DNA from: Gemmatimonadales bacterium
GTDB taxonomy: Bacteria; Gemmatimonadota; Gemmatimonadetes; Gemmatimonadales; GWC2-71-9
Assembly (NCBI GenBank): GCA_035699205.1
Contig: DASSBA010000081.1
Span: 2,273-66,272 of the forward strand
Direction of reading: 5' to 3'
DNA: 64,000 nt
Under the pieces are notes generated by a model. It ran no database searches, had not been told where the DNA came from, and saw nothing but the letters and a program-made list of their open reading frames with translations. The position numbers were made by a program, and so were the translations under genes. Position 1 is the first letter of the stretch. Each line of letters opens with the position of its first letter. Shown here one piece after another: positions 57,110-64,000 of this stretch.

Positions 57110-57982
57110 ATGGCCGGGCTCGCGGACATGACCGGCCGTGTCTGCGTGATCACCGGCGCCACTCGCGGGATCGGCCGGGCCACGGCCGAGCGCCTCGCGG
57201 AGCTCGGCGCCACCCTGGTGCTGGTGGTCCGCCGGCAGGAGGACGGCGCGGCGGTCGCGCGCGAGCTGCGCCACGCGCACGGCGCGCCGCCGCCCGAGGT
57301 GATCCCCGCTGATCTCTCGTCGCAGCGATCCATACGCGCCGCGGCGGAGGCGATCCGTGCGCATCACCCGCGACTGAACGTGCTCATCAACAACGCCGGC
57401 ACCATCCCGAAGGAGCGGGAGACCACGGTGGACGGCCTCGAGATGCAGCTCGCCGTCAACCATCTCGCCTATTTCCTGCTCACCAACCTGCTCCTCGACC
57501 GCCTCATCGCCGGCGCACCGGCCCGGGTCATCAACGTCTCGTCCGGCGCGCATCAGGGCGGTACGATCGACTTCGGCGACCTGCAGAGCGAGCGCCGCTA
57601 CGACCCCGTGCGGGTCTACGGGCGCACCAAGCTCGCCAACGTGCTGTTCACCTACGAGCTTGCCAGGCGGCTTCAGGGCACCGGCGTCACGGCCAACTGC
57701 CTCCATCCCGGCGTCATCGCCACCAGGCTCCTGGCCGACTACATGAACGTGCCGCTGATCGGGGGCGCGATTGCCCGGACGTTTGGTGGCAGCCCCGAGT
57801 CGGGGTCGGAGACCAGCGTTTATCTCGCCGCCGCGCCCGAGGTCGAGGGCGTGACCGGGAAGTACTTCGTGGAGCGGCGGGAGGCCCGCTCGTCGCGCGC
57901 CTCGTACGACGAGGCGTCGCAGCGCCGCCTGTGGGAGGTGAGCGCGCAATTGGCCGCTCTCGCCGGCGCCGCCGCACCTTGA
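57110..57982 (+). CDS. Short-chain dehydrogenase/reductase
   Basis: ITGATRGIG, NNAG and YxxxK (YGRTK). Confidence 0.85.
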   Translation: MAGLADMTGRVCVITGATRGIGRATAERLAELGATLVLVVRRQEDGAAVARELRHAHGAPPPEVIPADLSSQRSIRAAAEAIRAHHPRLNVLINNAGTIPKERETTVDGLEMQLAVNHLAYFLLTNLLLDRLIAGAPARVINVSSGAHQGGTIDFGDLQSERRYDPVRVYGRTKLANVLFTYELARRLQGTGVTANCLHPGVIATRLLADYMNVPLIGGAIARTFGGSPESGSETSVYLAAAPEVEGVTGKYFVERREARSSRASYDEASQRRLWEVSAQLAALAGAAAP

Positions 57983-58012
57983 CCGCCCGGGTCCGTGCGG
58001 CCAATCTCCGGC

Positions 58013-58240
58013 ATGCCGATCTACAACTACCGCTGCGCCGCGTGCGGCGCCGAGTTCGAGCAGCTCGTCCGCTCGGACACCCGGGTGAGCTGCCCCGACT
58101 GCAATAGTGGCAAGCTCGACCGCCTCATGTCGATTCCCGCGCCACCCGCGGGGGCAGGGAAGCCCGCCGCCGTCGGCCGGCTCGGCCCGCCTCCGGCCGG
58201 CGGGTGCTGCGGCGGCGGCTGCCACTCGCACCACCACTGA
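58013..58240 (+). CDS. FmdB-family zinc-ribbon protein
   Basis: MPIYNYRCAACG...CPDCNSGKL (CxxC-CxxC) with a Gly/Cys/His-rich tail. Confidence 0.8.
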   Translation: MPIYNYRCAACGAEFEQLVRSDTRVSCPDCNSGKLDRLMSIPAPPAGAGKPAAVGRLGPPPAGGCCGGGCHSHHH

Positions 58241-58809
58241 GCACGCGGCTCGACCGGCTGCGTGACCGGCTCGCCGGTCACCCTCCGGCGGTCGGTGACG
58301 GAGACCCGGCACTGCTCTGGGCCGCCGTTGCCGTCGTGCTGGCCCCCTCGCCCGACGCGGTCCTGCTCATCCGCCGCGCCGAGCGCGCGGGCGATCCCTG
58401 GTCGGGTCACATGGCGCTGCCGGGCGGTCGCCGTGCCGTGGGCGACGCTGACCTCCTCTCCACGGCCATCCGCGAGACCACCGAGGAGGTCGGCCTCTCC
58501 CTCGCGCGGTCGGAGCTGCTCGGTAGCCTGGACGACGTCGTGCCGCGCACCCCCGTGCTGCCGCCGATCGCCGTCCGGCCGTACGTCTTCGCCCTTTCCG
58601 GGCGCCCGCCGCTGATTCCCAACCCCGAGGTGGCTGCCCTCCGCTGGGTCACCCTCGACCGGCTGCTCCATCCCGAGACCTACCACTCCGTCCGGCTCCA
58701 GATCCGCGGCGAATCCCGCGATGTCCCGGCCTACGAGCTCGAGGAGGCCATCGTGTGGGGAATGACCGAACGGATCGTGTCCGGCCTGCTGGAACTGCTC
58801 GGGCAATAG
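58204..58809 (+). CDS. NUDIX hydrolase (CoA pyrophosphatase-like)
   Basis: Nudix box GGRRAVGDADLLSTAIRETTEEVGL. Start uncertain (ATG 58204 overlaps the fmdB-like gene by 37 nt). Confidence 0.7.
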   Translation: MLRRRLPLAPPLSTRLDRLRDRLAGHPPAVGDGDPALLWAAVAVVLAPSPDAVLLIRRAERAGDPWSGHMALPGGRRAVGDADLLSTAIRETTEEVGLSLARSELLGSLDDVVPRTPVLPPIAVRPYVFALSGRPPLIPNPEVAALRWVTLDRLLHPETYHSVRLQIRGESRDVPAYELEEAIVWGMTERIVSGLLELLGQ

Positions 58810-58817
58810 CTCAAGCC

Positions 58818-58861
58818 TTGACGTGAGTCCTGCGAAACCTCATAATTAGCCAAGCCTAATT
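58818..58861 (+). promoter_or_regulatory. Promoter (TTGACG-17-CATAAT) with an overlapping AATTAG-N6-CTAATT operator-like palindrome
   Basis: -35 at 58818-58823, -10 at 58841-58846, inverted repeat at 58844-58861. Lies 12 nt upstream of the mntR-like ATG. Confidence 0.55.
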
Positions 58862-58872
58862 CAGGATTTCGT

Positions 58873-59559
58873 ATGGACGCAACTGCCACCACGGAGCCCC
58901 TGACCCGCTCCGTCGAGGACTATCTCAAGGCTATCTACCGGCTGAGTCCCGAGGGCCGGCCGGCCTCGACCAGCGAGATCGCCCACCTGCTCCAGCTCTC
59001 ACCTCCCTCGGTGAGTGGAATGGTGAAGCGGCTCTCCGAGCTCGGTCTCCTCGAGCACGTCCCCTACAAGGGCGTCCAGCTCACCGACTCCGGCCGCCGC
59101 GCGGCGCTCCGGATGGTGCGCCGGCACCGACTCATCGAGGCCTACCTGGTCGAGTTCCTCGGCTACCCCTGGGACGCGGTGCATCCCGAGGCGGAGCGGC
59201 TGGAGCACGCGGTCAGCGATACCCTGGTCGAGCGGATGGCCGTGGCGCTCGGCCACCCGGCGGTCGATCCCCACGGCGACCCCATTCCCGAGGCCGATGG
59301 CTCCATCCGGGAGCCCGCCTCCACGCCACTCAGTGATCTCGAGGTCGGCCGCACCGTGGAAATCGTCCGGGTTGACGAGCGCGAGCCCGAGCGGCTTCGC
59401 TATCTCGCCTCGCTCGGCCTCACTCCGGGCGTGGTCATCACGCTGCAGGACCGCCAGCCGTTCGGCGGGCCGGTAACGGTGGAGTCGAGCGGCGAGCGGC
59501 ACGTACTCGGGCAGGAGCTCGCCCAGGTGGTCCGCTGCGGAGCCGAGGGCGCCCGATGA
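58873..59559 (+). CDS. mntR: DtxR/MntR-family metal-dependent regulator with a FeoA-like C-terminal domain
   Basis: Motifs [18 protein letters not shown] and HRLIEAYL, with metal-site residues EAERLEH. Confidence 0.85.
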   Translation: MDATATTEPLTRSVEDYLKAIYRLSPEGRPASTSEIAHLLQLSPPSVSGMVKRLSELGLLEHVPYKGVQLTDSGRRAALRMVRRHRLIEAYLVEFLGYPWDAVHPEAERLEHAVSDTLVERMAVALGHPAVDPHGDPIPEADGSIREPASTPLSDLEVGRTVEIVRVDEREPERLRYLASLGLTPGVVITLQDRQPFGGPVTVESSGERHVLGQELAQVVRCGAEGAR

Positions 59560-60914
59560 ACACCGCCTCCACCCCGCCGGTCGAGGAGCTCGGCGGTTGG
59601 CGCTACCCGCGTACCATGCCGAGCCTGCCGGAGGCGCACCACACCGTCCAGGTCCCCCGCGGAGTCTCGTTCTGGCGGAAGGCGCTCGCCTTTGCCGGAC
59701 CGGGCTACATGGTGGCGGTGGGCTACATGGACCCGGGCAACTGGGCCACCGACCTGGCCGGCGGTTCGCGGTTCGGCTACACGCTGCTCAGCGTCATCCT
59801 GATCTCGAACCTGATGGCGATCCTGCTGCAGGCCCTCGCCCTCAAGCTCGGCATCGTGACCGGCCGGGATCTGGCGCAGGCGTGTCGCGACCACTACTCC
59901 CGTCCAGTGAGCTTCGTGCTCTGGGTCCTGTGCGAGATCGCGATCGCCGCCTGCGACCTGGCCGAGGTCATCGGCTCCGCCATCGCCCTCAACCTGCTCT
60001 TCGGGATCCCGCTCATCTGGGGCGTGTGCCTCACGGCGCTGGACGTGCTGCTGATCCTGCTGCTGCAGCACCGCGGCTTCCGCTACCTCGAGGCCTTCGT
60101 CATCGCGCTGGTGGCGACCATCGGCATCTGCTTCGCCGTGGAGCTGGCGATGGCCCGGCCCGCGCTGGCCGAGATCGTCCGGGGGCTGGTGCCGCGGGCC
60201 GAAATCGTCACCAACCCCGCGATGCTCTACATCGCCATCGGCATTCTCGGCGCCACCGTCATGCCGCACAACCTGTATCTGCACTCCTCCATCGTGCAGA
60301 CGCGCAAGGTGCTGCCCGACGAGAGCTCGCGCCGGGAAGCCATCCGCTTCGCCACGCTCGACTCGACGCTGGCGCTGCTGTTCGCCTTCTTCATCAACGC
60401 GGCCATCCTCATTCTTGCGGCGGCAACCTTCAACCAGACCGGCCACCAGGAGGTCGCCGACATCGGCGACGCCTACCGGCTCCTCGCGCCGGCGCTCGGC
60501 ACCACGTTCGCGAGCACCCTGTTCGCGGTGGCGCTGCTGGCGTCGGGCCAGAATTCGACCATCACCGGGACGCTCGCTGGCCAGATCGTGATGGAGGGAT
60601 TCCTCGACATCCGGCTCCCGCCGTGGCTCCGCCGGCTCATCACCCGCCTCATCGCGATCATTCCTGCCGTCATCGTAACCGCGCTCTATGGCGAGCGCGG
60701 CGCGGGCGGGCTGCTCATCCTGAGCCAGGTCATCCTCAGCCTGCAGCTCTCCTTCGCGGTGGTGCCGCTGGTCTACTTCACCAGCGAGCGCCGGAAGATG
60801 GGCAGCTTCGTCAACTCACCGCTGCTCGCCGGAGCCGCGTGGTCGGTCGCGGCCGTGATCGTCGGGCTCAACGGCTGGCTGCTGATCGGGACCTTCCGCG
60901 AGTGGCTGAGCTGA
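59556..60914 (+). CDS. mntH: NRAMP-family Mn2+/Fe2+ transporter
   Basis: [19 protein letters not shown] and [12 protein letters not shown] motifs. ATGA overlap with mntR. Confidence 0.92.
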   Translation: MNTASTPPVEELGGWRYPRTMPSLPEAHHTVQVPRGVSFWRKALAFAGPGYMVAVGYMDPGNWATDLAGGSRFGYTLLSVILISNLMAILLQALALKLGIVTGRDLAQACRDHYSRPVSFVLWVLCEIAIAACDLAEVIGSAIALNLLFGIPLIWGVCLTALDVLLILLLQHRGFRYLEAFVIALVATIGICFAVELAMARPALAEIVRGLVPRAEIVTNPAMLYIAIGILGATVMPHNLYLHSSIVQTRKVLPDESSRREAIRFATLDSTLALLFAFFINAAILILAAATFNQTGHQEVADIGDAYRLLAPALGTTFASTLFAVALLASGQNSTITGTLAGQIVMEGFLDIRLPPWLRRLITRLIAIIPAVIVTALYGERGAGGLLILSQVILSLQLSFAVVPLVYFTSERRKMGSFVNSPLLAGAAWSVAAVIVGLNGWLLIGTFREWLS

Positions 60915-61726
60915 CGCCGGCGCGGCTCGCCCTGACCGCCCTCGGCCTGGGCATCGCACCGCTGGGGGCACAGCAGAAGAGCGCGGCTGATCCCATCGCC
61001 GACAACAGCTTCCTGATCGAGGAGGCTTACAACCAGGACGCCGGGGTCGTCCAGCACGTCGGGACGCTCGTCAGGGTCGATGGCGGCGGCGCCATGGCCT
61101 ATGCCTTTACGCAGGAGTGGCCGCTCCACGGAATGAAGCGGCAACTCAGTTACACCATCCCCCTCTTGCAGGCGGATGGCAGCGGCACCGGCATCGGCGA
61201 TGTCGCCCTCAACTTCCGCTACCAGCTCGCGGGCGATGGTGGCGATGGCCTCCATCTCGCCCCTCGCATGACCCTGCTCCTCCCCACGGGTGACGAGCGC
61301 CGGGGCCGCGGCGCCGGCGGCGTGGGGCTTCAGGCCAACCTGCCCTTGAGCGTCCGGCCGCTCCCGCAACTCGCGCTGCACGGCAACGCCGGCCTCACCT
61401 ACACCCCCGTGACGAAGAACGCCGCGGAACAGGCGGCGCGCACGCTGAACGTCAATCTCGGCGGCAGCGCCATCTGGCTGGTCCGGCCGACGTTCAACCT
61501 CATGCTCGAGCTGCTCTGGCTGAGCACCGAACAGGTGGTCGGTCCGGGAGAGCGGATGCGGCAGAGTGGCTGGCTCCTGAATCCCGGACTGCGGGGGGCC
61601 ATCAACTTCGCGGGCGGGCTGCAGATCGTTCCCGGCGTGGCCTACACCGTCGGACTTGACGAAGGCGCCGGCGAGGACGGTCTTTTCCTGTATCTGAGCT
61701 TCGAGCACCCGTTCCGGCGAAGTTGA
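60902..61726 (+). CDS. Outer-membrane beta-barrel protein (MetA-pathway/transporter-like barrel)
   Basis: Signal-like [17 protein letters not shown], alternating beta pattern, C-terminal [12 protein letters not shown] 60902 overlaps the mntH end by 13 nt. Confidence 0.6.
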   Translation: MAELTPARLALTALGLGIAPLGAQQKSAADPIADNSFLIEEAYNQDAGVVQHVGTLVRVDGGGAMAYAFTQEWPLHGMKRQLSYTIPLLQADGSGTGIGDVALNFRYQLAGDGGDGLHLAPRMTLLLPTGDERRGRGAGGVGLQANLPLSVRPLPQLALHGNAGLTYTPVTKNAAEQAARTLNVNLGGSAIWLVRPTFNLMLELLWLSTEQVVGPGERMRQSGWLLNPGLRGAINFAGGLQIVPGVAYTVGLDEGAGEDGLFLYLSFEHPFRRS

Positions 61727-61734
61727 GCTTCGGA

Positions 61735-61820
61735 TTCACCACGGAGGCACGGAGGTACCCGGAGGCTGTTACCCTTCACTCCTCTGTGAGTCTCCGTGCC
61801 CTCTGTGCCTCTGTGGTGAA
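61735..61820. repeat. Tandem-unit hairpin element E5 (8-nt unit CACGGAGG / CCTCTGTG)
   Basis: TTCACCACGGAGGCACGGAGG... pairs with ...CCTCTGTGCCTCTGTGGTGAA. Several G-T oppositions on the plus strand. Sits between the barrel gene stop and the ABC permease start. Confidence 0.8.
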
Positions 61821-61826
61821 CCCGTC

Positions 61827-62663
61827 GTGACCACGCCCATCCCGCTCCTCAATTCGCTGCTGCTCGCCGCCGCCGTTCTGCCGGCACCCGCACTGGCCCA
61901 GCTCCCCGCCGTCTCCATTGAGCGCCGCCTCGCCCAGGACCTCTCGCTCCGCGTCGGCGACACGATCCGCCTCGGCACCGCTCCCGATTCGATGGGGCTC
62001 GTCGCCACCGTCGCCGCCGTCTACGAGCCCCGCCCCGATCCCGCCGAGATCGCCAAGGTCGAGCGCCACCTGCGCATGCACCTGCCCGACCTGGCCGTCC
62101 TCCTCGGCGCTCCCGACCGGGTGGACCGTTTCGGCGTCGGGCTCGTCCCCGGCACCGCGGTGGACAGTGCCGTCGCCGCGCTCGAGCGGAACGCCTTCGG
62201 TTTTCGGGTCTATCCATCCGCCGCCATCGCCGCCGAATCGTCGGAGACCTTTCTCGTGGTGAGCCGGTTCCACCGCGCCATCGCGATCATCACCATCGTC
62301 GCGAGCGCCGTCTTTCTGCTCTGCATCATGCTGCTCAAAGTGGAGGAGCGCCGAATGGACGCCGCGGTCATGCGCTTCGTCGGCGTGCGCCGGCGCACGA
62401 TCTTCGGCGCGCTGCTGCTCGAGGCCGCGTTGGTGGCGGCGCTCGGCTGCGTCATCGGAACCGGGCTCGCGCTGGTGGCCGGCGCCGCCACCAACGCCTA
62501 CTACCGCAGCTTCTTCGACACCGCGCTCACCTTCTCCCTCGTCACGCCCGGCATCGTGCTGTTCAGCGTAGCGCTCTCGCTTGCGCTCGGGCTGCTGGCC
62601 GGCGCCGCGGCGGCTTGGCGGTTGGTGCGCACCCGCCCGATGGTGCTCTGGGGCAGGGGATGA
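61827..62663 (+). CDS. FtsX/MacB-like ABC transporter permease (short form)
   Basis: N-terminal TM/signal segment, a periplasmic domain, and three C-terminal TM segments with an FtsX pattern. Confidence 0.7.
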   Translation: MTTPIPLLNSLLLAAAVLPAPALAQLPAVSIERRLAQDLSLRVGDTIRLGTAPDSMGLVATVAAVYEPRPDPAEIAKVERHLRMHLPDLAVLLGAPDRVDRFGVGLVPGTAVDSAVAALERNAFGFRVYPSAAIAAESSETFLVVSRFHRAIAIITIVASAVFLLCIMLLKVEERRMDAAVMRFVGVRRRTIFGALLLEAALVAALGCVIGTGLALVAGAATNAYYRSFFDTALTFSLVTPGIVLFSVALSLALGLLAGAAAAWRLVRTRPMVLWGRG

Positions 62664-63853
62664 GAGGGATCGCGTGGGGGCTCAGGAGTCTCGGCCGCCA
62701 GCCGCTCAGGACGGCGCTCTCGCTCGCGGGGATCGCGGTGGCCGCCGCGATGCTGCTCGACATGGTCATGCTGAGCGGTGGGATCGACCAGTCGTTCTCC
62801 GATCTCCTGCTCGTGCGCGGGTACCAGCTGCGCCTCACACCCAAGGGCACGCTGCCGTTCGACACCGAGGCCACCATGACCCGCGCCTCCGAGGTCGTCG
62901 CGGCGCTCCGGCGCGACCCCGATGTCGAGGCGGCCGGTGCCGTGCTCGGCACCTCGCTGTACGCGCGCGCCGCCGACTCGCTCGTTACCCTCTTCGGCTT
63001 CGGGGTCGAGCCGGAGGCGCAGGGGCTCTACGAGGTTACCGCCGGCCGCGACCTGACGTGGGGCGACACCGCGGGCATCATCCTCAGCGAGCCCGCCGCC
63101 CGCCTGCTCCGTGCCGGTGTGGGCGACAGTGTCACCCTCGTCGGCCGGCTCGATCCGCAGGTCGCCGCCGCGGCCGTGGGCCGCCGACTCGCCGTGCGGG
63201 GGATGGTGCGCTGGCTCTACGACTCCCGGGACCAGCCGTCGGTCGGCACCGTGCTCCCGGTCATGCAACGACTTTCTCGTGAGCCGGCGGAGGACCGCGC
63301 CTCGCTCATCCTGGTCAAGGCGCGCGCGGACGAGCGGGTCCCCGCCCTCGCCGCGCGGCTCCGCGCCGAATTCCCGGCAGTCGAGGTCAACAGCGCGGCG
63401 GAGCTGGTGGTCCACTTCCGGCAGCGGCTGGTGTACTTCCGCCAGCTCTCCTACATCCTGGGCAGCATGAGCCTGATCGTCGCGGTCCTGCTGATCGCGA
63501 CCCTGCTCACGATCGGCGTGAACGAGCGGCTCGGCGAGATCGCCACCCTCCGCGCCATCGGCGTGAGCCGCGCCACCGTCGTCGGCCAGGTGCTCGCCGA
63601 GGGAACCGCGCTCACCGCCCTGGGCGCCGCGCTCGGGATCCTGCTGGGGCTGGTCACGGCCCGCTATCTGGACGCGATCCTGACCAGCTTCCCCGGTCTC
63701 CCGGCCGCGTTCAGCTTCTTCGTGCCGCGTGCCGGTACCCTGAGCTTCGCCGCCATCGTGCTGCTCGTCACCGGCTCGCTGGCCGGGCTCTATCCCGCCT
63801 GGCTCGCCGCCCGTGCGCCGATCGCGGCCACCCTCCGCGCGGAGGCGACGTGA
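62660..63853 (+). CDS. FtsX/MacB-like ABC transporter permease
   Basis: [25 protein letters not shown], a MacB_PCD-like periplasmic domain, and an FtsX C-terminal bundle. ATGA overlap with the previous gene. Confidence 0.8.
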   Translation: MRGIAWGLRSLGRQPLRTALSLAGIAVAAAMLLDMVMLSGGIDQSFSDLLLVRGYQLRLTPKGTLPFDTEATMTRASEVVAALRRDPDVEAAGAVLGTSLYARAADSLVTLFGFGVEPEAQGLYEVTAGRDLTWGDTAGIILSEPAARLLRAGVGDSVTLVGRLDPQVAAAAVGRRLAVRGMVRWLYDSRDQPSVGTVLPVMQRLSREPAEDRASLILVKARADERVPALAARLRAEFPAVEVNSAAELVVHFRQRLVYFRQLSYILGSMSLIVAVLLIATLLTIGVNERLGEIATLRAIGVSRATVVGQVLAEGTALTALGAALGILLGLVTARYLDAILTSFPGLPAAFSFFVPRAGTLSFAAIVLLVTGSLAGLYPAWLAARAPIAATLRAEAT

Positions 63854-64000
63854 CCCCGCCGCCGCTCCTCGCCCGCGACCTCCGCAAGGACTACCCGATG
63901 AACGGCGAGACGGTGCACGCCCTCCGCAGCGTCTCGCTCCGGGTGGACACGGGCGACTACGTCGCGATCGCCGGCCCGTCCGGCAGCGGCAAGTCCACGC
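63850..64000 (+). CDS. ABC transporter ATP-binding protein, 3'-truncated at the window edge
   Basis: GTGA overlap start. Walker [10 protein letters not shown] sits at the window end. Confidence 0.8.
   Translation, partial: MTPPPLLARDLRKDYPMNGETVHALRSVSLRVDTGDYVAIAGPSGSGKST

Noticed and set aside
58013-58240. The Cys/Gly/His-rich tail (GGCCGGGCHSHHH) of the zinc-ribbon protein as a RiPP core or metallophore precursor.
   Set aside because: Such Gly/Cys-rich tails are, as far as I recall, a normal feature of the FmdB/CxxC_CxxC_SSSS family. There are no modifying enzymes nearby.
61827-64000. The MacB-like ABC transporter as the missing pump for the HlyD proteins at 16.7-21.6 kb.
   Set aside because: It lies 40 kb away in an unrelated operon context, with no shared promoter motif. 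There is no evidence for a functional link.

Overview
High-GC (roughly 70% from hand counts of a few lines) bacterial chromosomal segment. Domain styles (Ser/Thr kinases and SARP regulators with TolB-like plus TPR periplasmic modules, form II coxSLM) suggest a soil Gemmatimonadota/Acidobacteriota-like organism, but I cannot verify the taxon. Layout: (i) 1-8003, arginine operon (DUF1611-like gene, argC, argD, argF', argB, M20 deacylase, argH, argR), mostly joined by 4-nt overlaps. (ii) 8.4-24.5 kb, a regulatory/peptide locus: membrane-anchored SARP-TPR regulator, lipoprotein, two Ser/Thr kinases, three coupled HlyD-domain proteins (one fused to an M50 protease, one to tandem GAF domains), two tandem 43/50-aa ORFs hidden in the six-frame track, and a divergent SARP/ATPase regulator. 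(iii) 24.5-37.6 kb, DinB, a pilin-like lipoprotein, and a form II coxSLM-type molybdenum hydroxylase cluster with maturation genes, interrupted by hemN and a third paralogous 49-aa ORF. (iv) 37.7-47 kb, tRNA-Asn, malate synthase, hemolysin-III, GT4, Pit/DUF47, hybrid histidine kinase. (v) 47.4-52.6 kb, overlapping SNF2-like helicase and Eco57I/PglX-like N6-adenine methyltransferase. (vi) 52.7-64 kb, housekeeping genes, an mntR-mntH-outer-membrane-barrel operon and a MacB-like ABC transporter. I saw no rRNA, CRISPR array, transposase or integrase. Main hunt results: (a) a candidate leader-peptide processing/export/signalling cassette; (b) both small-ORF loci share a promoter architecture of heptamer direct repeats at 11-nt spacing, the type bound by OmpR/SARP-type regulators; (c) a family of junction hairpins whose arms are tandem 7-8-nt units, a different unit at each locus. 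Many start codons are estimates (GTG/TTG starts are common). All family assignments come from motif recognition, not searches.
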